NCBI GenBank assembly: GCA_041670805.1
Contig: JBAXYM010000004.1
Span: 1 to 52,357 of the forward strand
From: Patescibacteria group bacterium
Lineage (GTDB): Bacteria; Patescibacteriota; Minisyncoccia; JAHIHE01; JAGLIN01
Direction: 5' to 3'
DNA length: 52,357 bases
Position 1 is the stretch's first letter, and each line of letters starts with the position of its first letter. Position numbers and translations under genes: made by a program. The notes under the pieces were generated by a model that saw only the letters and a list, made by a program, of their open reading frames with translations, was not told where the DNA came from and did no database searches. Of this stretch, positions 26,503 to 36,470 are shown one piece after another.

Positions 26503-27171
26503 TTAGTTAAGTTCAATATATGCTTTATCGGGACTACCGAATCCACCGCTCACTTCAAGCTTAAGGTTACTGGCATCTTTGGGAATATCAAAGATAAGTA
26601 CTCCGTTTATTTCCAAACCGGGATTCGCCTGTTTTAAGAAAAGATCGTATTGATTGTTATTAGCGATAGAATAAGCACTGGTAGCTTCAGTGGAAACGAC
26701 AAACGATCTGCCTTGATCATCCATCAGTTTAAACATGTTGCTATCCGCATAGCGTGATTCTTTGTCATTGTTTCTAAGCGTCAAAGATACGATTTCATAA
26801 ACTCCAGAAGCATCATGGTTAATATACTGGTTACCGACCGACTGGGCCTGTTCCGCCTTCTGCACTCTGTAGCTGAAATTTCCAACAGAAATAGTTTCAT
26901 TTATTTTACCAGTCTTTTGCTCTGCCTTGGTATTATTTTGAATGCCATTAGAAGTTTGCCCATTGTTAGAGTTATTTGAATTACTTCCTCCACCTAGGAT
27001 ACTGATAAGTATAAGAACAAGAAATGCGGAGAGAACCTTGTGACGCATAAACCAGCTTCTAATATCCGCACCGCAATACTTGCACTTTTTCGCACCTTTT
27101 AAAACTTCTTCTTTGCACTTGGGACACTTTGTCGTTTCGCTTACTTGGTTTTCCTGACTCATAGTTTTCAA
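26503..27171 (-). CDS. membrane-anchored protein: zinc ribbon, TM helix, Asn/Ser linker, DUF4352-like beta domain
   Basis: CPKCKEEV..CKYCGADI, TM VLSAFLVLILISILGG, low-complexity NSNNSNNG. The C-terminal domain ends with LIFDIPKDASNLKLEV, typical of DUF4352. Confidence 0.6.
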   Translation of the reverse strand: MKTMSQENQVSETTKCPKCKEEVLKGAKKCKYCGADIRSWFMRHKVLSAFLVLILISILGGGSNSNNSNNGQTSNGIQNNTKAEQKTGKINETISVGNFSYRVQKAEQAQSVGNQYINHDASGVYEIVSLTLRNNDKESRYADSNMFKLMDDQGRSFVVSTEATSAYSIANNNQYDLFLKQANPGLEINGVLIFDIPKDASNLKLEVSGGFGSPDKAYIELN

Positions 27172-27513
27172 TAATTAAGATTAATTAGAAAAAATCATTT
27201 TCGACCTTTTGTATGAGGTCGGGTCAGAAAAACAAAAATGGACACCCGACCTAGTTGCGAAACAGTAAAAGGTGTCCGTGAGGATCCTACTTACGTTCGG
27301 TCGGAGTGTCCGTTCCTGTACGTAAATAGGAAAAAATACCATTATAAATGGCAAATCCTCACACATTAACTTTTACTGTTTCGCACCTAAAATATAGCTC
27401 AAAACAGGCCAAAAGTAAAGCCAAGTTACCAACAGTTTGTCTACTCCTTGCTCTGGACAACGGAAACGGGTCGCGTCATCAATGTAAGTGTAATAAGTAA
27501 AGATGAAAGTATT

Positions 27514-28833
27514 ATGGAAATACAAAGAGAAATACAAACTATGGCACAGGAAAAAGAAGGCTTATCCCCTATTAGGTACTGCCTTTATGCCAGAAAATCA
27601 ACGGAATCGGACGAACTGCAAGCCCTTTCAATAGACTCGCAGATTAAAGAGATGTTGGATATGGCAAAAGCGGAAAATATGAACATAGTGGAAATACGAA
27701 GAGAAAGCCACTCGGCCAAAGATTCGGGACAAAGACCAGTATATAATCAACTTCTCATGGATATACGAGAAGGTATGTTTAATGGTATTTTATGCTGGGC
27801 ACCAGACAGATTAAGCCGAAATGCAGGAGACTTGGGAGCATTAGTGGATTTAATGGATCAAGGCAAAATATTGGAGATACGAACTCATGGACAAAGGTTT
27901 GGCAACAATCCTAATGAAAAGTTTTTACTTATGATTCTCGGATCACAAGCTAAATTGGAAAATGATCATAAAGGAGTAAATGTGAAGCGAGGATTGCGAG
28001 CCAAATGCGAACAGGGGTGGAGACCGGGAATGCCACCCTTAGGATATATTCATGATAAATATGCGGATAAAGGAAAAAAGAAAGTATCGATAGATCCTAA
28101 AAGAGCGCCATATATCAAGACAGTATTTGAAAAAGTAGCCGATGATGGATGGAGCGGAAGAGATATTCTCAAATGGATAACAAATGAAACTGATTTCAGG
28201 ACAAAAAATAACAAGAATCTTTCGCTGAGTATGATATATAGGATGCTTAATGAACCGTATTATTACGGAGAGTTTGAATATCCAGTAGGAAGCGGTAATT
28301 TCTACAAAGGAGGATATGATCCCATAATTTCCAAAGAGCTTTTTCTCAAAGTCAGAGATAAACTGAGCGTTGCCCCAAGGAGACATCCAGGAAGCATTGA
28401 CTTTGCATTTACTAAGCTTCTCTATTGCGGAAGCTGCGGATCAGGAATATGTGCAGAGGAAAAATTCAAGCATCAAAAAAATGGCAATATTCATAGATAT
28501 GTTTATTACCATTGCACTTGCGGGAAAGACCGAGATTGCAAAGAACCTGCCATTAGAGAAGAAGACTTGATAAATCAGATGGTTGAACTTATTGATAAGG
28601 TAGATATCGATAAACTAAAAACCGTAGAGAAGATCAAGAAAGAGATTGATAGATTTCAAAAGTTTAGTTATATAATAGGCAGCGAGGAAACAAGTACAAA
28701 AGCAACAGATGTTAATATAAAAAACTATGGTAAATATATTCTGCTGGAAGGAACAAAACAAGAAAAAAGAGACCTGTTGGAATGCTTGAAAAGTAAGATT
28801 CATTTGAAAGATAAAAATATTTATTTAAAATAA
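27514..28833 (+). CDS. large serine recombinase (integrase)
   Basis: YCLYARKSTESDELQALSIDSQ (catalytic Ser region), DRLSRN, recombinase domain, Cys cluster LYCGSCGSG..YYHCTC, coiled-coil tail. ORF track start 27448; the ATG at 27514 is more likely. Confidence 0.9.
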   Translation: MEIQREIQTMAQEKEGLSPIRYCLYARKSTESDELQALSIDSQIKEMLDMAKAENMNIVEIRRESHSAKDSGQRPVYNQLLMDIREGMFNGILCWAPDRLSRNAGDLGALVDLMDQGKILEIRTHGQRFGNNPNEKFLLMILGSQAKLENDHKGVNVKRGLRAKCEQGWRPGMPPLGYIHDKYADKGKKKVSIDPKRAPYIKTVFEKVADDGWSGRDILKWITNETDFRTKNNKNLSLSMIYRMLNEPYYYGEFEYPVGSGNFYKGGYDPIISKELFLKVRDKLSVAPRRHPGSIDFAFTKLLYCGSCGSGICAEEKFKHQKNGNIHRYVYYHCTCGKDRDCKEPAIREEDLINQMVELIDKVDIDKLKTVEKIKKEIDRFQKFSYIIGSEETSTKATDVNIKNYGKYILLEGTKQEKRDLLECLKSKIHLKDKNIYLK

Positions 28834-28851
28834 TATTTATATTTTTAGACG

Positions 28852-31191
28852 CTATTTAACAATAGCTGTAAAATCGTTGATTTTCACTTTGAGCTGCTCA
28901 AGTCCATAATCGTCACCAACATCAACATGAGAAGTCGTCCAATTACAAAATGAATAGATTTGCTTAATCTTGTCCAAATCGCTGTCATCGATTTCTTTAT
29001 TTTCTTTTACACCATCGATAGCGGATGAAAAGTCATTAGCATTCCAATGCAACAAGTTATTTTTGATATACCTCTCAACCTCATACCGCAGATATTGACC
29101 ATATTCAACGGTCTTTAGTTCAATATCAAGACTTGCTGGTGGTATTTTTTTCAAATCTGTTTCAAAGTTTTTGAGCTTATCAAGGAACTTATCTATTTTA
29201 CTCCTACAAACAAAGCTTCCACCGAGCTCTTTCTTGTTTCGTATTAAATTATACTCCTGGCAATGCTTGTCAAAACGCTTTCTCAGAAATTTAAAAAAGG
29301 CTTTATGATGAGTAAAAACAAAAACTTGAGAGAAAACTTTATATTCTTCTGCAATCAGGTCAACAAGACAGCTCAAATTGTTATTATCTAAGCTTGTTAT
29401 AGGATCGTCAAAAACAAGTATTTTTATATTTTTATCTTTTTGAATATCCAGAAAGGCAAAGAAAAAACAAAGCGATAAAACCTGAACTTCGCCCTCTGAA
29501 AGCCCCTCTTTAAAATCGCGCTCATTATCCTCTAAGTCTAAGACTTTAAAAGCAAAAGGAAATTCCGTTTTATTTCCCGTTGGATCTGTCTTTAGTTTAA
29601 GTTTGAAACTGAAATTAAAATTTTTGAAATAGTCTTGAATCTTTGATAAAAGGTTAGAAAAGGCTTTTGTAGAACAATGGTCTTCATATTCCCTCAATGC
29701 TATTTCATGCTCTGTTTTTAATATGTTAAAAACTGCTTGCAATTCCCTTAATTCTTTTTCTTTATCCTCTTTCTTCTTCTGCTCCTTAATTTTATTTCTA
29801 TTAATAAAATTCAATTCCTTATCAATTTCTAAAGTTCGTTTTATATTTATATCTAATCGGGATTTAATTTTTTCATCGGTATTTTCAATCTTGAATTCGA
29901 CAATAAGTTTATTTTTCTTCTCCACAAAATCATTAACTGCTTGAAAATATTTTTCAACCTCTTCAAATTCTGCTAGTACCTTATCATAGAGCTCCTGGAT
30001 GTCTTCTTTACTTGGTTTTGTGAGCTCTATTATCTTTGTTCTCAATTTATTTATTTCTTGAATCCGAGGTTTCTTGTATATTATTTCGTCATCAACAGAA
30101 TAGATATTCGGAACCTTATAATTTTGATCGAGTCTTTTCAACTCAATAAAAATTGAATTCAAATCAAAATCGGAAATAGTTTGAAAAAGCAGTAAAAGTT
30201 CATCAGCCAAATTTTGCTTATCTTTTCCAAATTGACGTGTCTGCGTTTGATATGTTATATCATATATTTGCCCGTACAAATCCACGATTTTTTCAATTCT
30301 TCCTTCTTCATTTTTAGACTGACAAAAAGGACATTCATTTCGATATATTTTTCTTATTTCAAGACCAGCATCGAAAAAATGTTTGTGTGTTTTGATTTTA
30401 TCAATTAGAGCTTGCTCTGCTTCTATTTTTACCTGTTCTTTCAGATCAAAATCAAAGATTGCCCGGTATGCTTCATAATTCGATAATAAAACCTCGACTT
30501 CAACTTTCGGAATAATACTTATATCGCTTTGAATATTTGACACTTTCTTTTGTAGTACCTGATCTGTTTCAAGATTTTTTTCTATTTCTTTTTCCTCGTC
30601 TGACAAATCCTGCTTTTTCTTGTTAATTTCTTCTTCGTCTTTGTCTTTATAGCTTTGATAGCATAGTTCTTCCTCATCACTCAAATTGAAAGCTAGGATG
30701 TCTTTATTAGTCAAACTGAATTCTTTTATTTTTTGATCCTGTTCCTCTTTCGCCTTTTTTGCTTTATCTTTTACCTCTCGCAAGTTGATAGCATCGCAAT
30801 CAAACTCGATAATCATTTTTCCAGATACTTGCTCCTGTCCATTTTGGGTAGTGTCTCTTCTACTTCCTAAATGCACATTTTTATCAACAAACTCACGATC
30901 AAAGAACAAAATAGAATCTTTTGTCACTTTCTTATCCCAATCATTATTCACGGGATATTTTCTGTCTCCAATATCAAAAGACAGGCAGATTTCGGTTGGT
31001 CTGTATTTACCAAAAGATTTATTATCAGAAATATTTTTCAAAAGGTTACAAATCGTACTTTTTCCACTTCCATTTTCACCATATATAATGTTTATATCCT
31101 CATGAAAATTTTCACTATTCAGAAAAGGCTGCCAAGAAAAGTCATAAAACGATTTGTAACCTTTTATTGTCTTTATACGTAATAATTTCAT
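28852..31191 (-). CDS. AAA_13/RloC-like ABC-type ATPase with coiled-coil zinc hook; possible anticodon-nuclease-type effector
   Basis: YGENGSGKST (Walker A), long coiled-coil insert with CPFCQS (CxxC hook), LSEGEVQVLSLCFFFA (signature), ILVFDDPITSLD (Walker B). C-terminal tail of about 150 aa with RYEVE and NWTTSH. Confidence 0.7.
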   Translation of the reverse strand: MKLLRIKTIKGYKSFYDFSWQPFLNSENFHEDINIIYGENGSGKSTICNLLKNISDNKSFGKYRPTEICLSFDIGDRKYPVNNDWDKKVTKDSILFFDREFVDKNVHLGSRRDTTQNGQEQVSGKMIIEFDCDAINLREVKDKAKKAKEEQDQKIKEFSLTNKDILAFNLSDEEELCYQSYKDKDEEEINKKKQDLSDEEKEIEKNLETDQVLQKKVSNIQSDISIIPKVEVEVLLSNYEAYRAIFDFDLKEQVKIEAEQALIDKIKTHKHFFDAGLEIRKIYRNECPFCQSKNEEGRIEKIVDLYGQIYDITYQTQTRQFGKDKQNLADELLLLFQTISDFDLNSIFIELKRLDQNYKVPNIYSVDDEIIYKKPRIQEINKLRTKIIELTKPSKEDIQELYDKVLAEFEEVEKYFQAVNDFVEKKNKLIVEFKIENTDEKIKSRLDINIKRTLEIDKELNFINRNKIKEQKKKEDKEKELRELQAVFNILKTEHEIALREYEDHCSTKAFSNLLSKIQDYFKNFNFSFKLKLKTDPTGNKTEFPFAFKVLDLEDNERDFKEGLSEGEVQVLSLCFFFAFLDIQKDKNIKILVFDDPITSLDNNNLSCLVDLIAEEYKVFSQVFVFTHHKAFFKFLRKRFDKHCQEYNLIRNKKELGGSFVCRSKIDKFLDKLKNFETDLKKIPPASLDIELKTVEYGQYLRYEVERYIKNNLLHWNANDFSSAIDGVKENKEIDDSDLDKIKQIYSFCNWTTSHVDVGDDYGLEQLKVKINDFTAIVK

Positions 31192-31233
31192 ATTTTTGGT
31201 TTGGATTGTATCCTTAAGTCTCTGTAATATTCA

Positions 31234-34200
31234 CTATTTCTTCGTTCCTCTGCAATATGGGAACCTTGAACATCCATAGAATTTTCCGTACTTGCCAGAT
31301 CTTAACACCATCGCAGAGCCACATCTTGGGCATAATATGTTTTCCTCAATAGTAAGAGCCGTTTCTTCACCCTTCTCGATGTTTTTTGTTTTACCGCTTT
31401 TGCAATAGCAACAAAATCTCCCGTATCCAGTAATCAAAGAATTGTCTTTAAAGTCATTTAGGTTTCTAATTTCCTTACACTTAGGACATTCTTTCATTTC
31501 ACCGCTTTGCAGACTCTGTATATTACCGTATATAGAGTCTAGATATTTGTTATCTTCATATTCTTTTATCAATAATTCTATTCTCTCATCCAGTGTTTCA
31601 ATAGGATTTTCCCCGACATTAAACCTGTTAATTCGCAAAAACTTATAACCATAACTTTCTAAAACTTTCTGCCGATAGACATCTTCTTCAGAGTAATAGT
31701 CATTGAAATTGTATTTATTAACCGCTTCAAGATCAGTAAAATGCTCCTTAAATCCATCGTACTCAATAATAATCTTATGTTCTTTACCAAGTTTATTATA
31801 TACCAGAAGAAAATCTACCTTGTAATTTGGATGGTTATAAGTAGGATCCATTTGATGTAAATATTTACCGAGTTCGAACTGAGGGAAAAATTCTACATTT
31901 TCAGAATTTTTAAGATAAAATTGAGTTTGATAGTACCAATGCAAGACCCGTTCTTCCATTTTGGAGTTTTTATCTACCTCATCTATACTTTTTTCATTTT
32001 TGGCTTGCTCAAGAGTATTATAATAATATCGAATTGCGTCCCCTATAGAACCCTTAAATTTATCAATTGGTTTGCTTAGTACAAAATGCATACACTCTTT
32101 GGCACGACTAAAGCCGACATTTAATCTCTGAGCTTTAATTTTATCTTCTTCTTCAACATCAATTTTACTCAAATCACTAGCGAACACTCCCCATAGACGA
32201 TCACGTTCTTCAGTAGCAACCATAGAATAGTAAACAATGTCTCGTTCTTCTCCTTGGCATGTATCAAAGGTCATTATTTTTAGACCCAACTCGTCAAAAT
32301 AATAATCCCTATCTGCCAATTTATTAATTTTTTCCATTAGCAGTTTCTGCTGATCAGTATGAGGAGTGATGATACCAACAGAATATCTACAATTTTCATT
32401 TTTTAATCTGTGTAATTCATCAATGATAAAATCAGCCTCGGAGGCGTTGGTATTTGAGCTGACCTCTATCTTACCGTCATGATTTATTACCGAAAATTTC
32501 AAAACATCATCAATGGACTTACCCCTTATTTTCATTACCTGCAAACTGCCTTGATAGAAAAACTTATTAGAATAAGATATTATTTCTTTATATCCCCTGA
32601 AATGCTTTTTTAGTTGAGTATTATAATTGCTGATAAACTCAAAAAACTCCAGAATGGAAGTTTTTATATCAAACTTCCCTAATTTAACTAATTTAGTCGG
32701 TTCTTGAGAAATATATTTTTTAAAAGATTCATCAAGCCTATTTAAGTATTCTTTATTCGTATCCGATCTTGCTTGTGCTGCCTTTACATTACTGAATTGT
32801 TTCCTGTCCCCTAGGATTAAAACTTTTTTCGCCCTTAACAAAGCTGGAAAGGCTTGAGCAATACTGACCTGAGAAGCTTCATCAATAATGACCAAATCAA
32901 ATAATTCCGGCTCTAAAGGGATATATTCGGCATAATCTCTTATCCCAGCAAGAATACATGGAAAAGCCTCCTTTAACTTCATAAATTCATCTTTCGGAAA
33001 CCTCTGCTTGCTTTTTATTATTTCCCTCAGGGCTTTAGCAGTAGCTTTATTCCCTTCGAAAAATTTTATTACCCTACCATCCATCAGATAAGCCATTTGG
33101 GTAGTTACAAGACTTTCAATATTTTTTTGCTGATCAGAATAGTTAACAAATGGTACTCTTGCAAAGTCGGTCTCTATTTTTTTCTTGAGATAAAAATATC
33201 TAGCTAACTTATCAAATTCCGAATCAGGCAATTTAGCTAATTCGTTCTGAACTATCGTCTCAAAGTTTCCTATGTCTATACCAACTTTTTCGAAAGTCTT
33301 CGGATAGATTTCTGAATCGTTAATCAGACCTTTTATGTCCGCTTCTACAGAAACCAATTCTTCCATGGCAACCGATATATCGCCATTTTTTATAAACTTA
33401 TCCGCTAACATTATGAAGTCTTGCTTTATTCTAGAATCAAAAACTTGCTCTTTACCATAGTGTGAAACGAAGTTATAAAATTCTTGTATTTTTTTAAGTT
33501 CGTTTATGTTTTTATGCGGCTGCGCCAACTTTATGTTTGGCATATTAAGGCAAAATTCATTATCCATTCTTTCAATATTTTTCTTTTTGAAAATATACCC
33601 TAATACTGGAGATTTTATATCATCATATTCTTTTATAAATTCACCTACATAGCCTAAATTATTCTCAGAAAAACCATCAACAATTTTTAGATAACCCAAA
33701 TCCTCACCGAATTTTTCTTTTATCTTATTGCTTAAACTTAAAAAACTTTTAGCCAACTTTAAAATACTTGACAGATCGTCTAGGTTTTTTATGTTATCAA
33801 TATATATTTTGAGTAAAGTCAGAGCTTGATTTTCACTCAATTTTTTAATTTTTAGCAAAGCTGAACGCAGTTCGTCTAATTCGAATGCTGGATCGGGCTG
33901 AGACATAAATTCATCCGTATCCACAATGAATCCGCGCTCTTCGATGCAAATCTCCAGCCCATTCAACTCTTGTAGTTCTTGAATTGAGATATCTCGATAA
34001 GCTAGAATCTCAGCTTCTATATCTTCTCTTAAAGTATTTGATAATTTCTCAATGTTTTGATCAAGAGCCTCATGCTCCTTTTTCACGGCCTTATAATGTA
34101 ACCAGATTTTATCAAGAGAGGATGGAGACAATATCTGGCTATAAGTGCTTCCAGTTTTCCCTAATCTTAGAATAGGATTTTGAAAACTCTTCTCAAGTCT

Positions 34201-35757
34201 CACCTTATTCATAGTATTAGTAATTTTGTCTTCAACAACATCAAGGGCTTCCTTCTTATCTGATAAAACCAAGATAGATTTGTTTTTCAAAATCATATCA
34301 AAAACGATAGCTGTAATCGTATGACTCTTACCTGTTCCCGGAGGTCCCTCGACTATAAGATATTTGCATTTGTCTTTGTTAATAGCGGACAATATCTGTC
34401 TTTGTTCACTGTTTAATGGAATTGGGCTTACGGACAAAAGTTTCTCTGTGACATCAGTACCGTCCCATTCTTCATCAATAGCTGTATTAAATGAATCCGG
34501 ATCATTATTGATAAAATCTTCTATTAACTTACCAAAAGCCTCTCCCAAGACGCTGTCCTCAGAATCTATTAATTGTAGGATATCTTCATAATCATTAATT
34601 AAAGCCTCGTCCGACTTATCAAACAAAGAGATATAGCAAGAATTTGAAATTCTAACCAGCAAACTCTTAGATACCTGATGATTTCCCTCATAGATATCAA
34701 TATCCTTGTCTAACTCGAAAGAATTAACAATTTCTTTTAATATTATATCCATCAGATCCTTGAACTTCTCTTGATACTGAGCCAAATATACTATTCTCTC
34801 ATTAACAGTTTTTAGATTACCGGCCTTACCCGTACTTTTATTGTATTCTTGCATTATATATTCAAGCGCTTTTTTATTTATGTATACTTGTGCATCAAAA
34901 TCTAAATTTAAATGATTACTGTCTTTATTTATAGAAAATGGAATATAAAAAATAGGATATTTCACCTTATCAAAAGTAATATCGCAAAAATACAAATAGA
35001 AATCTTGCTTATCTAAAATGTTTTTATTTCTATCTATCTCATAAATTTCATTAAACAAATCTGCAACCTTGAAATCTTCAAAAAAATCAATTATTTTTCC
35101 TTTTACCTCTTCAGTTTCAAAAACAACCCTAAGCTGTTTTGGAATATTTACTTTAACATCAGACAGCAATAATTTTAAGACTTCAGACACTTCATTCTCT
35201 AGCAATTTGCTAAGCACGCTAGTCAGATCCTCTTCCATTAGAAAAAGACCATTTTCATCGCCAAGATCAAGATTCTCTAACGATTTCTCCATGCTCTCAA
35301 TAAAAGGAAGAACAAGGCTCTGTTTTATAATAAGGCTAGTCGCGTCAAGTGAATTAATTATAGCTGCATCATAATCCTGTTTATATAAAACAGCAGCCTC
35401 TTCAATTCGAGCTGATACGTCTTTAACAACTTTTTGTATAGTTTTATCTGGAACCCTATCGATTTGTAGCTTAATCAATTCCTGTAAATTTGCAGGAATA
35501 TTAGTCCTATATACACCTTTTTCAATTTTATTTAATTTGTCCCGATCAAATCCATGATTTATAAGGCTCCATATTTTATTTCTAAAATTAGGATATTTGT
35601 CTAAATTTAAACCGAGTAAAAGATTGTCTTCGTTATGCAATTTAATACTTCTCTTTGGATTCTTCCTCTTATGAAAATCCGTCTCAAGAAAGTCCATAAA
35701 ATACTTAGCCACTTCCTTGATAAAGGATAGACCATCCACACTTTTTTCTTCTGGCAT
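31234..35757 (-). CDS. 1507-aa multidomain protein: DUF4011-like N-region, SF1 (Dna2/Upf1-type) helicase, DUF559/Vsr-like PD-(D/E)xK nuclease, two zinc ribbons (topoisomerase-type C4)
   Basis: EGPPGTGKSHT (Walker A), VIIDEASQV (Walker B), CQGEERDIVYYS, NVGFSRAK. Then VDFLLVY..IIIEYDGFKEHF (DUF559-like), CPKC..CCYC and CPRCGSAMVLRSGKYGKFYGCSRFPYC. Confidence 0.85.
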   Translation of the reverse strand: MPEEKSVDGLSFIKEVAKYFMDFLETDFHKRKNPKRSIKLHNEDNLLLGLNLDKYPNFRNKIWSLINHGFDRDKLNKIEKGVYRTNIPANLQELIKLQIDRVPDKTIQKVVKDVSARIEEAAVLYKQDYDAAIINSLDATSLIIKQSLVLPFIESMEKSLENLDLGDENGLFLMEEDLTSVLSKLLENEVSEVLKLLLSDVKVNIPKQLRVVFETEEVKGKIIDFFEDFKVADLFNEIYEIDRNKNILDKQDFYLYFCDITFDKVKYPIFYIPFSINKDSNHLNLDFDAQVYINKKALEYIMQEYNKSTGKAGNLKTVNERIVYLAQYQEKFKDLMDIILKEIVNSFELDKDIDIYEGNHQVSKSLLVRISNSCYISLFDKSDEALINDYEDILQLIDSEDSVLGEAFGKLIEDFINNDPDSFNTAIDEEWDGTDVTEKLLSVSPIPLNSEQRQILSAINKDKCKYLIVEGPPGTGKSHTITAIVFDMILKNKSILVLSDKKEALDVVEDKITNTMNKVRLEKSFQNPILRLGKTGSTYSQILSPSSLDKIWLHYKAVKKEHEALDQNIEKLSNTLREDIEAEILAYRDISIQELQELNGLEICIEERGFIVDTDEFMSQPDPAFELDELRSALLKIKKLSENQALTLLKIYIDNIKNLDDLSSILKLAKSFLSLSNKIKEKFGEDLGYLKIVDGFSENNLGYVGEFIKEYDDIKSPVLGYIFKKKNIERMDNEFCLNMPNIKLAQPHKNINELKKIQEFYNFVSHYGKEQVFDSRIKQDFIMLADKFIKNGDISVAMEELVSVEADIKGLINDSEIYPKTFEKVGIDIGNFETIVQNELAKLPDSEFDKLARYFYLKKKIETDFARVPFVNYSDQQKNIESLVTTQMAYLMDGRVIKFFEGNKATAKALREIIKSKQRFPKDEFMKLKEAFPCILAGIRDYAEYIPLEPELFDLVIIDEASQVSIAQAFPALLRAKKVLILGDRKQFSNVKAAQARSDTNKEYLNRLDESFKKYISQEPTKLVKLGKFDIKTSILEFFEFISNYNTQLKKHFRGYKEIISYSNKFFYQGSLQVMKIRGKSIDDVLKFSVINHDGKIEVSSNTNASEADFIIDELHRLKNENCRYSVGIITPHTDQQKLLMEKINKLADRDYYFDELGLKIMTFDTCQGEERDIVYYSMVATEERDRLWGVFASDLSKIDVEEEDKIKAQRLNVGFSRAKECMHFVLSKPIDKFKGSIGDAIRYYYNTLEQAKNEKSIDEVDKNSKMEERVLHWYYQTQFYLKNSENVEFFPQFELGKYLHQMDPTYNHPNYKVDFLLVYNKLGKEHKIIIEYDGFKEHFTDLEAVNKYNFNDYYSEEDVYRQKVLESYGYKFLRINRFNVGENPIETLDERIELLIKEYEDNKYLDSIYGNIQSLQSGEMKECPKCKEIRNLNDFKDNSLITGYGRFCCYCKSGKTKNIEKGEETALTIEENILCPRCGSAMVLRSGKYGKFYGCSRFPYCRGTKK

Positions 35758-35832
35758 GCTATTATAAAATTATTATTTCTTTCATCCTTAATATACCATT
35801 AATACCCCATAAAGTAAAAACAAAAGCTCTTA

Positions 35833-35955
35833 TAGTTCGAGTCCTTTTCCTATCAAAAAACATCGAGTTTTTACTCGATATTTTTTAGCTTGTTTTAGCG
35901 ACGCATGCAGATCGCTTTCACAAGAATTTACTACTCCGGCTATGAGACCACATTG
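35833..35955. repeat. module-boundary repeat unit, copy B (long form)
   Basis: TAGTTCGAGTCC..ATCAAAAAA, hairpin CATCGAGTTTTTACTCGATA, T-run, then the core CTTGTTTTAGCGACGCATGCAGATCGCTTTCACAAGAATTTACTACTCCGGC. Confidence 0.8.
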
Positions 35956-36008
35956 AAATCTTTTTTATCTCAAATGCTGATTTATGTCGAATTCGACAAT
36001 AAAATGCG

Positions 36009-36464
36009 CTATCTATCCATTAGATCCTTCTCTTTACTACGATATTCTTCAATACTGCCTACACATGTTTCACAATAACTGGTAAGGACTTTCCCCTCTG
36101 TCGTAATATAAGTTAAGACCTCCTCATTTGTTTGGCAGTTTACAACTCGATTCGTCTGCCCCTGCCCTTTAATGGAAAGATACAACCAACCTCCAGAATA
36201 AAAACATGCATTTTTATATTTATTGTATGCATATTGTGGATTATAAACTGAATAATCCGGCTCTAGTAACGATTTTAAATCATCATGATAAAGATTTTCG
36301 CAAAGATTCTTACATTCAGTTTGCTTCTCAAATATAAATGTTTGTTGATCTTGTTCCATTTGTATGTTTTTCTGTACTGGCAAAAAAGAAATATAATAAT
36401 AAGAAATCGACAGTGTCACCATTATTAGTAATAAAAAACTTACTTTTTTCATAAGATCAAGCAA
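36009..36464 (-). CDS. small membrane-anchored Cys-containing protein
   Basis: 151 aa with N-terminal TM (VSFLLLIMVTLSISYYYISFL) and 6 Cys in the ectodomain. 6 nt downstream of the 653-aa gene. Confidence 0.5.
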   Translation of the reverse strand: MLDLMKKVSFLLLIMVTLSISYYYISFLPVQKNIQMEQDQQTFIFEKQTECKNLCENLYHDDLKSLLEPDYSVYNPQYAYNKYKNACFYSGGWLYLSIKGQGQTNRVVNCQTNEEVLTYITTEGKVLTSYCETCVGSIEEYRSKEKDLMDR

Positions 36465-36470
36465 TAAAAT

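Noticed and set aside
27181-27366. 61-aa minus-strand ORF upstream of serine recombinase 1
   Set aside because: It coincides with nested perfect inverted repeats, which is nucleic-acid-level structure. There is no SD and no recognisable protein features.
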